In this document: positions 11,057 through 20,101 of the stretch, piece by piece
Layout: every line of letters begins with the position of its first letter
Numbering within the stretch: the first letter of the stretch is position 1
Assembly: GCA_963798915.1 (NCBI GenBank)
Contig: CAWCVB010000002.1
Span: 720,223-784,222 of the forward strand
Source: an uncultured Gemmatimonadales bacterium
GTDB taxonomy: Bacteria > Gemmatimonadota > Gemmatimonadetes > Gemmatimonadales > GWC2-71-9
Direction of reading: 5' to 3'
DNA: 64,000 nt
Program-made: the position numbers and the translations under genes
The notes under the pieces: generated by a model
Database searches by the model: none
What the model was told of the DNA's origin: nothing
The model's input: the letters and a program-made list of their open reading frames with translations, nothing else

Positions 11057-11460
11057 TCCTCACTTCAATCCTCACGCGCCCGAACGGCGATCCGGACCAC
11101 CGGCCGGTTGAAGCCAAATCTGGCCCACGTGCCTGTGAATTGCGTGAAAGGTTCGTGAACCGTCGTTCAAGGTATCGGATTGTCACCCGCCATGCCTCGC
11201 CAGCGGCGGCGCACTGAAGCGTGACGGCGGCACTGTCGCCGGCATGCCGCGCGAGGGTTGGCGCCATCGCACGCATGGTCCGACCGACCCGGACGCACAA
11301 CCGGTTGACCAGGAGACAGTTAGGGACACAGGTCGGCTGGGTTGCAGGACGGGTTGCACGTGCTCCGTAACGGGTGGTCGACCGGGCTGTTCGCGTATTG
11401 TCGGGCGCCGCAACCGGTCGCTGCGTCGCGCCCCGCCTGCCCAGCTGCTACCCTTGTCCC

Positions 11461-12309
11461 ATGGCTACTCCTGTTCTCACGCGCCATGTGCTTCCTGGCG
11501 CGCTTGGCGATCTCTTCATTGACGTGCGCGCGGCTGGTCGCGCATCGCCCCGGCCCGCCGTTGTCATGGTCCATGGTTTCAAGGGGTTCAAGGACTGGGG
11601 GTTCTGGCCTCCCTTCGCCGAACGGCTGGCACGCGCCGGCTTCTCGGCCGTGAGCTTCAACATGAGCGGTAGTGGCGTGGATGCCGACGGCAACCCGACG
11701 CTGGGCCAGCGCTTCTCCCACAACACCTTTTCCGCCGACCTCGCTGACCTGGCTGCCGTCGTGGACGCCGTCACTGATGGCGCGCTCGGCATGGCGCCAC
11801 CTTCGGCGCTGGGGCTGGTTGGCCATTCACGCGGCGGCGGTATCAGCATTCTGCACGCCGCGCAGGACCCACGCATCAGAGCGCTGGTGACGTGGGCCGC
11901 AATCGCCAGCACCAATCGGTGGGGTCCCGAGACGCGAAAACGATGGCGCGCTGCAGGGTTCCTGAATGTCACCAACGCCCGCACCGGCCAGGTGCTGCCG
12001 ATGTTCACTGAGCTGCTCGACGACGTCGAGCGCCACGCAGACTCCCTCGATGTCATACGGGCGGCGTCGAGCATCACCATACCGTGGCTCATCGTTCATG
12101 GCCGGCAGGATGAAACAGTCTCGTTTGCTGACGCGGAATCGCTGCGCGCTGCCGCCACCAACGGTGCTACCACACTGCTCGCGATGGACACCGGTCATAC
12201 ATTTGGTGCCGCACACCCGTGGCGTCCGGCACCGGCTGCGGAACAACTCTTTGCCGACAGCGTCAGGTTTCTTGGACATGCGCTGGTTGATGGAGGAGCC
12301 GCACCCTGA
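11461..12309 (+). CDS. Alpha/beta hydrolase
   Basis: HGFKGFKDWG, GHSRGG nucleophile elbow, HGRQDETV, GHTFGA; TGcTACCCT -10 element 6 nt before ATG (leaderless). Confidence 0.88.
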   Translation: MATPVLTRHVLPGALGDLFIDVRAAGRASPRPAVVMVHGFKGFKDWGFWPPFAERLARAGFSAVSFNMSGSGVDADGNPTLGQRFSHNTFSADLADLAAVVDAVTDGALGMAPPSALGLVGHSRGGGISILHAAQDPRIRALVTWAAIASTNRWGPETRKRWRAAGFLNVTNARTGQVLPMFTELLDDVERHADSLDVIRAASSITIPWLIVHGRQDETVSFADAESLRAAATNGATTLLAMDTGHTFGAAHPWRPAPAAEQLFADSVRFLGHALVDGGAAP

Positions 12310-12311
12310 AC

Positions 12312-12875
12312 ATGTCGCGTGTGCGGCTCGCGGCCCGGCTGGCGCAGCGAATGCCACGGGAGCATCACGGCACCGGCCGGTCATGGGCCGCTGTGTCGCT
12401 GATCCTGGCGCCTGCTCCGGAGTCGCTTCTGCTGATCCGGAGGGCTGAGCGCGGGGGCGACCCCTGGTCCGGGCATGTGGCCTTGCCGGGCGGGCGACGC
12501 GAGGCCAGCGATGTGGACCTGGCCGCAACCGCAATCCGCGAGACATCCGAAGAGGTCGGCATCGCGCTCGATCGCTCACAGCTGCTGGGAACGCTGGACG
12601 ACGTGGCGCCGGTGACGCCCGTGCTGCCGGCCATCGCGGTCCGGCCATTTGTCTTTGCGCTCGACGCCCAGCCGGCGCTGGTGCTCAGTCCCGAAGTGGC
12701 CACCGCGCACTGGGAGCCACTCAGCGCACTGTTGCATGCGGATGCAAAGGGGGAGCTGGAGCTCGCGCTCGCAGGCGGGGTGCGTCGGGTTCCGGCCTAC
12801 TCCACCAGCGCCGGCCAACTCTGGGGCATGACCGAGCGGATCCTGGATGGGTTCCTGCCGATGCTGGGCACCTGA
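12312..12875 (+). CDS. NUDIX CoA pyrophosphatase (NudL-like)
   Basis: PWSGHVALPGGRRE...AIRETSEEVG NUDIX box; LWGMTERIL. Confidence 0.9.
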   Translation: MSRVRLAARLAQRMPREHHGTGRSWAAVSLILAPAPESLLLIRRAERGGDPWSGHVALPGGRREASDVDLAATAIRETSEEVGIALDRSQLLGTLDDVAPVTPVLPAIAVRPFVFALDAQPALVLSPEVATAHWEPLSALLHADAKGELELALAGGVRRVPAYSTSAGQLWGMTERILDGFLPMLGT

Positions 12876-12897
12876 GGTCAAGGATGTTGGGCCACCC

Positions 12898-13015
12898 GAT
12901 TACTTCGCACGCCATCGGCGTGCTCGCAATGACGGGCAGGTGAGCTACTCCCTCCAACTCGCCGTCTCGCCGTCTCGCCGTCTCGCCATCGCGCCGTCTC
13001 GCCAACTCGCCGTCT
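12898..13015. repeat. REP-like half element (..TCGCAATGAC) plus CTCGCCGT octamer array
   Basis: GATTACTTCGC...CTCGCAATGAC at 12898-12933; about 7 copies of CTCGCCGT variants at 12955-13015. Confidence 0.8.
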
Positions 13016-13033
13016 TCTTTTGCCCACCACAAC

Positions 13034-13075
13034 TTGACATCTTTTTCGTCTATCATAAGATTTAGTCATGCCTAA
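13034..13075 (+). promoter_or_regulatory. Sigma70 promoter with DtxR/MntR-type operator
   Basis: TTGACA (13034) - 16 nt - TAAGAT (13056); palindrome TTAGTCATGCCTAA at 13062-13075 over the start site. Confidence 0.8.
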
Positions 13076-13090
13076 CTCTCGGGGAGTCCG

Positions 13091-13777
13091 GTGACCGCCT
13101 CCGGTCCGGCTGATGCCTATACCAGGTCGGTCGAGGATTATCTCAAGGCCGTCTACCGGCTGTCATCCGACGAGCGCGCCGCATCCACCACCGAAATTGC
13201 CCAGCGGCTGGCGCTGTCGCCCGCGTCGGTCAGCGCCATGATCAAGCGCCTGGCCGAACAGGGCCTGGTGGAACATGAGCGCTATCGCGGAGTGCGCCTC
13301 ACGTCCGAGGGGCGGCGCGCCGCGCTGCGCATTGTCCGCCGCCACCGGCTGGTTGAGACCTATCTGGTCGAGTTTCTCGGGTATGACTGGGACAACGTCC
13401 ACGCCGAGGCGGAAAAGCTGGAGCATGCCATGTCGGATGCGCTGGTGGAGCGGATGGCTGCGGCGCTCGGGCATCCTTCGTTTGACCCGCATGGCGATCC
13501 GATTCCCGCCGCCGACGGCAGCGTGTCCGATGTCAAGGCCACGCCGCTCACCGGAATGGCGCCCGGCGCCTGCGGGGTGCTTGCCCGGGTGGAGCTGGGT
13601 GACTCCGAGCGGCTTCGCTACCTGGGCTCGCTGGGGATCCGGCCGGGGCTCCGGTTCACCGTGCTGGACCGCGCCCCCTTCGACGGGCCCGTGACGATCG
13701 AGACATCGTCGGGCGCCAAGGTGCTGGGCTACGCGATCGCCACTGGATTGCTGTGCATGCCCGAGGCATCGAGATGA
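13091..13777 (+). CDS. mntR: DtxR/MntR family Mn-dependent repressor with FeoA domain
   Basis: [38 protein letters not shown]; upstream of mntH. Confidence 0.9.
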   Translation: MTASGPADAYTRSVEDYLKAVYRLSSDERAASTTEIAQRLALSPASVSAMIKRLAEQGLVEHERYRGVRLTSEGRRAALRIVRRHRLVETYLVEFLGYDWDNVHAEAEKLEHAMSDALVERMAAALGHPSFDPHGDPIPAADGSVSDVKATPLTGMAPGACGVLARVELGDSERLRYLGSLGIRPGLRFTVLDRAPFDGPVTIETSSGAKVLGYAIATGLLCMPEASR

Positions 13778-15132
13778 GCGCGGCATCGCATCCGCCGGTG
13801 GAGGCGCACGTCGGCTGGCGGCGACCGCGCAAGATGCCCAGCCTGCCGGAATCGTATCGCACCATCAAGGTTCCGGGCGGCCCCGGGTTCTGGCGCAAGG
13901 CGCTGGCCTTTGCCGGGCCGGGCTATCTGGTGGCCGTGGGGTATATGGACCCTGGGAACTGGGCCAGCGACCTTGCCGGTGGGGCCCAGTTCGGGTACAC
14001 GCTGCTGAGCGTCATCCTGCTCTCCAACCTGATGGCCATGCTGCTGCAGGGACTCGCCGTTCGTCTGGGCATTGGCACGGGGCGGGACCTGGCCCAGGCC
14101 TGCCGGGACCATTATCCGGTTCCGGTCGCCATGGGGCTGTGGGTGCTCTGCGAAATTGCCATCGCGGCGTGCGACCTGGCCGAGGTGATCGGCAGCGCCA
14201 TTGCGCTCAATCTGCTGTTCGGCATTCCCCTGCTGTGGGGCGTGTGCCTCACGGCGCTCGACGTACTGATCATCCTCTTTCTGCACCAGCGCGGCTTCCG
14301 CTGGCTCGAGGCGATCGTGATCGGCTTGATTGCGGTCGTCGGTGCCTGCTTCGCGACCGAGCTGTTTCTGTCCCGGCCCGACGCAGGCGAGGTGGCGCGC
14401 GGACTGCTTCCGACCACGCAGATTCTCTCCAACCCGATGATGCTCTACATCGCCATCGCCATTCTCGGCGCGACGGTGATGCCCCACAACCTGTACCTGC
14501 ATTCGTCCATCGTGCAGACCCGGCAGTTCGGCGACGACCTCGAGTCCCGGCGGGAAGCGATCCGTTTTTCGACCTTCGATTCGACGGTTGCGCTGCTGTT
14601 CGCCTTCTTCATCAACGGCGCCATCCTCATCCTGAGTGCCGCGACCTTCCACTTCTCCGGCTTCAGCGGCGTCGCCGACATCGCGGACGCGCACCGACTG
14701 CTGGCGCCCCTCCTGGGCACCACGGCCGCAAGCGTGCTGTTTGCGGTCGCGCTTCTGGCATCAGGGCAGAACTCCACCATCACCGGCACGCTGGCGGGCC
14801 AGATCGTGATGGAGGGTTTTCTCAACCTCAGGCTGGCGCCCTGGCTGCGCCGGCTGGTCACCCGCGGCATCGCCATCGTGCCGGCCATCATCGTGACGGC
14901 GATCTACGGCGTCAGGGGTACCGTGGCCCTGCTCATCCTCAGCCAGGTCATCCTGTCGTTGCAGCTCTCGTTCGCGGTGATTCCGCTGGTGCAGTTCACC
15001 GGCGACAAGGCCAAGATGGGCCCGCTGGTGATCCGGCCCATCACCAAGGTCGCGGCATGGAGTGTGGCGGGTGTGATTCTGAGTCTCAATGCCTGGCTGC
15101 TGGTGAGCACCTTCCGGGAGTGGCTCTCCTGA
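13774..15132 (+). CDS. mntH: Nramp divalent metal (Mn2+) transporter
   Basis: [10 protein letters not shown] and [13 protein letters not shown]ramp signatures; ATGA overlap with mntR. Confidence 0.96.
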   Translation: MSAASHPPVEAHVGWRRPRKMPSLPESYRTIKVPGGPGFWRKALAFAGPGYLVAVGYMDPGNWASDLAGGAQFGYTLLSVILLSNLMAMLLQGLAVRLGIGTGRDLAQACRDHYPVPVAMGLWVLCEIAIAACDLAEVIGSAIALNLLFGIPLLWGVCLTALDVLIILFLHQRGFRWLEAIVIGLIAVVGACFATELFLSRPDAGEVARGLLPTTQILSNPMMLYIAIAILGATVMPHNLYLHSSIVQTRQFGDDLESRREAIRFSTFDSTVALLFAFFINGAILILSAATFHFSGFSGVADIADAHRLLAPLLGTTAASVLFAVALLASGQNSTITGTLAGQIVMEGFLNLRLAPWLRRLVTRGIAIVPAIIVTAIYGVRGTVALLILSQVILSLQLSFAVIPLVQFTGDKAKMGPLVIRPITKVAAWSVAGVILSLNAWLLVSTFREWLS

Positions 15133-15180
15133 GGTTTCGGGCGCATCTTTAGCGGGTCTCCACTCAAGGATCCGCAGACC

Positions 15181-17952
15181 ATGTTCCGCAAGTTCCCCAT
15201 TGCGTCCGGACTCGCCCTGGCGCTCCTCGTCGCGCCCGTTTCGCTCGCGGCGCAGGCCGCGTCGGGTTCGCTGCCCGACCTCTCCGCGGGCGCCTCGGTC
15301 GAGGGCATCCACGAGTACACCCTCCCCAACGGCCTGCGGGTGCTGCTGTTCCCTGACCAGTCCAAGCCTACCGTCACCGTCAACGTCACCTACCTCGTCG
15401 GGTCGCGGCATGAGGGGTATGGCGAGACGGGCATGGCGCATCTGCTGGAGCACATGGTCTTCAAGGGAACGCCATCGCATCCCGACATTCCGGCCGAGCT
15501 GAGCCAGCACGGCTCCAATGCCAACGGGACCACCTGGTACGACCGCACCAACTATTTCGAGACCGTCTCGTCCACCCCTGAGAACCTGGCGTGGGCGCTC
15601 GACATGGAATCGGACCGGATGGTCAACAGCTACATCGCGAAGAAGGACCTCGAGAGCGAATTCACGGTGGTGCGCAATGAATTCGAGTCGGGCGAGAATT
15701 CGCCGTTCAACGTGCTGGAGGAGCGGTTGCTCTCCACCGCGTTCCTCTGGCAGAACTACGGCCACAGCACCATCGGAGCGCGAAGCGACATCGAACAGGT
15801 GCCCATCGAACGGCTGCAGCAGTTCTATCACAAGTACTACCAGCCCGACAACGCGATGCTGGTGGTCGCGGGCAAGTTCGACGAGGCCACGACCACGCAG
15901 CTGATCCGCCAGAAATTCGGCACCATCCCGCGTCCGGACCGCACGGGTGTGCTCAAGATCTGGCCGACCTATACCGAAGAGCCGGCGCAGGACGGCGAGC
16001 GCAGTGTAACGCTCCGCCGAGTGGGCGATGTGCAGGTGGCCATGGCCGCGTATCACGTGCCGGCCGGTTCCGATTCCGCCTTTGCCGCGGTGGAAGTCCT
16101 CCAGCACGTGCTGGGAGATGCCCCGTCCGGTCGTCTCTACACCGCCCTGGTTCGCACCTCGAAAGCCGCGGACGTCGGCGCCAACGCCTTCCAGCTCAAG
16201 CAGCCGGGCGTGCTGCTCCTCTTCGCGCAGGTGCGCAAGGAAGACTCGCTGGCACCGGCGGAAAGGGCGCTGCGGGAGGCCATCGCGGGAGCGGTGACCA
16301 CCCCGCCCACCGCAGAAGAGGTCGAACGGGCCAAGGCGGCGATCCTCAAGCAGTGGGACCTGGTGTACAACAACTCCGAGTGGGCCGCGCGCACCTTGTC
16401 GGAATGGGCTTCCATGGGTGACTGGCGGCTGATGTTCCTGTATCGGGACCGCGTCAAGCAGGTGACGCCGGATGACGTGAAGCGAGTGGCCGCGGCATAC
16501 CTCAAGCCTTCCAACCTGACGTTCGGGCGGTTCATCCCGGAGCAGGCGCCGGCGCGGGCCGAGATTCCGCCCACGCCCGACGTGGCCGCGATGGTCAAGG
16601 ATTACAAGGGCGACACCGCCGTGGTCATGGGCGAGGCCTTCGATCCGTCGCCCGCCAATATTGAACAGCGCACCACGAGGAGCACGCTTCCGGGCGGCGC
16701 CGAACTCGCGCTGCTGCCGAAACAGACCCGAGCGCAGACGGTGAACGTGGCCCTGACCCTCCGCTACGGTACCCTGGGGGCGCTGCGGGGCAAGGCGACG
16801 GTGGCCAGCTTGGCCGGTGGCATGCTGATGCGCGGCACCAGGACCAAGACGCGGCAGCAGATCAAGGATGAATTCGACCGACTCAAGGCGCAGGTGAATG
16901 TGTTCGGCGGCGCGACCAGCGCTGGCGTGCGGATCCAGACCCAGCGGCCCAACCTGCCAGCAGTCCTTCGCCTCGTGGGCGAGGTGTTGCGAGAGCCCGG
17001 ATTCGACGCACAGGAATTCAAGGAACTGAAGCAGGAACGGCTCGCCAGCATCGAAGAGCAGCGCTCGGAGCCGACCACTCAGGGCTTCACTTCCTTTGGG
17101 CGGTTCCTCAACCCATACCCGCCCGATGACCCGCGTGCCACGCTGACGGTCGACGAGCAGGTGGCTGCCATCAACGCCGCCACCCTGGAGCAGGCGCAGG
17201 CCTTCTACAAGGGCTTCTACGGCGCCGACCACGCCCAGGTTGCCGTGGTGGGCGACTTCGACCCGGCGGAAGTCACGTCGCTGCTGGGATCGTTCCTGGG
17301 CAACTGGAAGAGCGCGTCGCCCTTCGAGCGCATTCCGCAGACGTTCCGTCAGAACGATTCCACCACCATTGTGCTCAACACGCCGGACAAGGCCAATGCC
17401 TTCTTCATTGCCGGCCTCAATCTCAAGCTGCGGGATGACCAGCCCGGCTACGCCGCCCTCACCCTGGGCGACTACATGCTCGGCGGGGGTTTTCTCCACT
17501 CCCGCCTTGCCACGCGCATCCGCCAGAAGGATGGCCTGAGCTATGGCATCGGCTCGTTCATGAATGCCTCGGCGCAGGACGAAAGCGGGCAGTGGATCAC
17601 CTACGCCATTTCCGCCCCGGAGAACTCGACCAAGGTCAATACCGCCTTCCGTGAGGAAATGGCGCGCGCGCTCAAGGATGGGTTCAGCCAGGCCGAGTTG
17701 GAGGAGGCACGCACCGGCTGGTTGCAGGAGCGGAGTGTCATGCGGGCCCAGGACGCGGCACTGGCGGCCATCCTGGCGTCGGATCTGTTCCTCGACCGTA
17801 CGATGGCGTTTGACGCCGCCATGGACGACCAGGTCCGGAAGCTGTCGGTGGCCGACGTCAATGCGGCTGTCCGGAAGTTCCTCGACCCCAACCGGTTCGC
17901 CGTTGTCCGCGCCGGAGACTTCAACAAGCAGGCCCCGCCGGCCCAGCCCTGA
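15181..17952 (+). CDS. Secreted M16 zinc peptidase (insulinase/PqqL-like)
   Basis: Signal peptide; GMAHLLEHMVFKGT inverted zinc motif; NGTTWYDRTNY; C-terminal RQKDGLSYG. Confidence 0.93.
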   Translation: MFRKFPIASGLALALLVAPVSLAAQAASGSLPDLSAGASVEGIHEYTLPNGLRVLLFPDQSKPTVTVNVTYLVGSRHEGYGETGMAHLLEHMVFKGTPSHPDIPAELSQHGSNANGTTWYDRTNYFETVSSTPENLAWALDMESDRMVNSYIAKKDLESEFTVVRNEFESGENSPFNVLEERLLSTAFLWQNYGHSTIGARSDIEQVPIERLQQFYHKYYQPDNAMLVVAGKFDEATTTQLIRQKFGTIPRPDRTGVLKIWPTYTEEPAQDGERSVTLRRVGDVQVAMAAYHVPAGSDSAFAAVEVLQHVLGDAPSGRLYTALVRTSKAADVGANAFQLKQPGVLLLFAQVRKEDSLAPAERALREAIAGAVTTPPTAEEVERAKAAILKQWDLVYNNSEWAARTLSEWASMGDWRLMFLYRDRVKQVTPDDVKRVAAAYLKPSNLTFGRFIPEQAPARAEIPPTPDVAAMVKDYKGDTAVVMGEAFDPSPANIEQRTTRSTLPGGAELALLPKQTRAQTVNVALTLRYGTLGALRGKATVASLAGGMLMRGTRTKTRQQIKDEFDRLKAQVNVFGGATSAGVRIQTQRPNLPAVLRLVGEVLREPGFDAQEFKELKQERLASIEEQRSEPTTQGFTSFGRFLNPYPPDDPRATLTVDEQVAAINAATLEQAQAFYKGFYGADHAQVAVVGDFDPAEVTSLLGSFLGNWKSASPFERIPQTFRQNDSTTIVLNTPDKANAFFIAGLNLKLRDDQPGYAALTLGDYMLGGGFLHSRLATRIRQKDGLSYGIGSFMNASAQDESGQWITYAISAPENSTKVNTAFREEMARALKDGFSQAELEEARTGWLQERSVMRAQDAALAAILASDLFLDRTMAFDAAMDDQVRKLSVADVNAAVRKFLDPNRFAVVRAGDFNKQAPPAQP

Positions 17953-18093
17953 ACGCGCGGGGCCCGCGAGACCAGATGCCGGAGGTGGTGCCAGCCGCAC
18001 CGCCCCCGGCGTCCTTATCTTTGGTGTGAACATTGCCCGGCCGGAGGTCACCGCCCGACGGGCTGGACCAAATTGTAGAGAGGATATGCCAGC

Positions 18094-18493
18094 ATGAAGA
18101 GTCTGCGATTGCTTCTCCTGGGCTGCCTGGCGCTGACGCTCGCTTCCTGTGGCGACTCGACCGGCAACGGCGGCGGGGGCTGCGATGGACCAATCACCCT
18201 GACCATCGGCGGGGGCAGCTCCCCCGTCTTTGACTGGTCGCCGAGCTGCACCGTGGCCCAGGTGCTGGTACGCAACGTCGGCGGACGATGCCGCGTTGCA
18301 GTGGGGCAGTTTCGGCCGAGACCAATGTTATCCGGCCGCCGGTCACCTACGGTTCGGCCCCGTCCGGCACCACCAGACTGCAGGCCCCGGCACTGCTGAC
18401 GACTGGCCAGTCCTACCTCCTCTGCCTCGCCGTCCATCGATCAAGTGTAGCGGCGAACTGATAGTGCAGGTGCAGCAGCAGTTCATGCCCTGA
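18094..18493 (+). pseudogene. Small lipoprotein with several frameshifts (pseudogene or assembly indels)
   Basis: Lipobox LASC; protein-like segments PVFDWSPSC / DDAALQWG / NVIRPPVTYGSAPSG...TGQSYLL / GELIVQVQQQFMP lie in different frames. Confidence 0.6.
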
Positions 18494-18535
18494 TCCCATG
18501 GCACACCGGCCCGTCGCTGACGGGCCGGCACGGAT

Positions 18536-20101
18536 TCAAAGCCCCAGGGTGACGCGAAGGCCGGCGCTGCGGTAACGATACGCGCCGGTCACCGTCCGCT
18601 CCAGACTGTTTGACAGCCCGCCAAAGAACTCGACGACATTACCCGTGCCCCACTTCCGGCCCACTGCCGCGTCGGCGTGCCATTCGGCCTGGGTCTCCGC
18701 GCCGCGAAATGCCTGCTGCACACCAAGGCCGCCGGCCAGCCGGGCGGTCCAGCGCACGTCGTCATAGGTCCAGCCGCCGCGCACCTCCCCGGTACGGAAC
18801 CGGTCCGGTGAGAAGTATCCGGCGCCCTTGAAATCGTAACCCATCTGGCGGCCATAGACACCGGCAAAAAAGTGCTGCGGCAACTGCTGCATCACGGCGG
18901 CGAGGAGATGATAGCGCGTGTTGTCGTCGCTGAACCAGGCGCCGCCACCGCCCACGGTCACGGTCGTTGATCGGGCGACGCCTGCTTCGATGGTGGCTTC
19001 CGCCTCATCCACGTCGAGACCGCTCCCGATCAGTTCCGCCGTCTCGTCGAAGGGGTGGTGCGAGTATCCGGCGCCGACCGAGACCCGCCGTGCCGGCCTC
19101 AGCGTCACCGAGCCGCGAAAGGACGGCTCGGTACGAACGGCGCCTGCGTCGGGCGCGAGCCGGCGCGCACCCGCGGCCACCGTGGCGTCCACCTTCCCAA
19201 GCGCGACGTGGACGCCTCCTTCGACCGACTGACGCTGGGCATGCCGAAGCGGATCCCGGCTTTGCTGGAGCCCTCCACCGGCGAACACCGCGAGCCGGTC
19301 GGCAAGCGGGGCCGTGACCATGCCGCGCTGCCACCAGCTCGTGTTGTGGTCGGAGTCGTTGTTCCAGCCAGCCGCCAGCTCAACAAACGACCGGCGGGCC
19401 AGCCGGATGGCATGATCCAGCATTCGGGCATCGTGGTTGGTCGAATCGCGGGCCAGTACTTCGGCAACCTCGCGACTCGCAAGCGCCGAGCGTCCTTGCC
19501 AGAAATGCACCTGTGCAAGACCGACGCGCGCCGACTGGTTGGCGCTGTCGGCGGCAAGCCCCTGGGCAAACAGCTGGGCGGCACGGTCCAGATCGCCGCG
19601 CCACGCTGTGGCCTCAGCCCGCCCGGCAAGCGCCTCCGGGTTGTCCGGATCCCGGGCCAGGATGGCGGCATACGCCTGATCGGCCGCGTCAAAGCGGCCA
19701 TCCCATGCGAGCACCCGGGCGCGCGCCAGCTGCGCGTCGAGCCGTTCCGGGTTGGCCGCAATGATCGAATCATATCGAAGGAGTGCAGTGGGCAGTTTCG
19801 CCTGCCACGCCAACACCTGCGCCTGCAGGAGTCTGACATCGGGGTCTGCGGGCTCAAGCTCTCGCGCATGCCCGGCCAGCGTCAGGGCGGAGTCGAGGTC
19901 ACCACGCCAGGAGGCCAGGACGGCGAGCCGGTAGAGCGAATGCACGCTCGCCGGGTTGGCCGCGAGTTCACGCTCATATGCCACTCTGGCGTCGTCAAAC
20001 CGGCCTGCCGCCCAGAACCGGTCGCCCTCAGCGGACTGCGCTGCAAGGACCGAGGCAGTGCACACCAGCGTGGTTGCCAGCGCCAGCGTCCGTCGGATCA
20101 T
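18536..20101 (-). CDS. TPR-repeat protein with C-terminal outer-membrane beta-barrel (YaiO/PgaA-like architecture)
   Basis: Signal peptide; repeated LAW.G.. TPRs; amphipathic beta strands, GYFSPD motif, terminal GLRVTLGL; ATGA overlap with upstream gene. Confidence 0.7.
   Translation of the reverse strand: MIRRTLALATTLVCTASVLAAQSAEGDRFWAAGRFDDARVAYERELAANPASVHSLYRLAVLASWRGDLDSALTLAGHARELEPADPDVRLLQAQVLAWQAKLPTALLRYDSIIAANPERLDAQLARARVLAWDGRFDAADQAYAAILARDPDNPEALAGRAEATAWRGDLDRAAQLFAQGLAADSANQSARVGLAQVHFWQGRSALASREVAEVLARDSTNHDARMLDHAIRLARRSFVELAAGWNNDSDHNTSWWQRGMVTAPLADRLAVFAGGGLQQSRDPLRHAQRQSVEGGVHVALGKVDATVAAGARRLAPDAGAVRTEPSFRGSVTLRPARRVSVGAGYSHHPFDETAELIGSGLDVDEAEATIEAGVARSTTVTVGGGGAWFSDDNTRYHLLAAVMQQLPQHFFAGVYGRQMGYDFKGAGYFSPDRFRTGEVRGGWTYDDVRWTARLAGGLGVQQAFRGAETQAEWHADAAVGRKWGTGNVVEFFGGLSNSLERTVTGAYRYRSAGLRVTLGL

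Noticed and set aside
14761..18051. 1096-aa minus-strand ORF; likewise 6892..8427, 20818..22239, 25616..27064, 47787..49550, 55809..57752 and 59512..61332
   Set aside because: Antisense shadows of well-supported genes in high-GC DNA; no recognisable motifs
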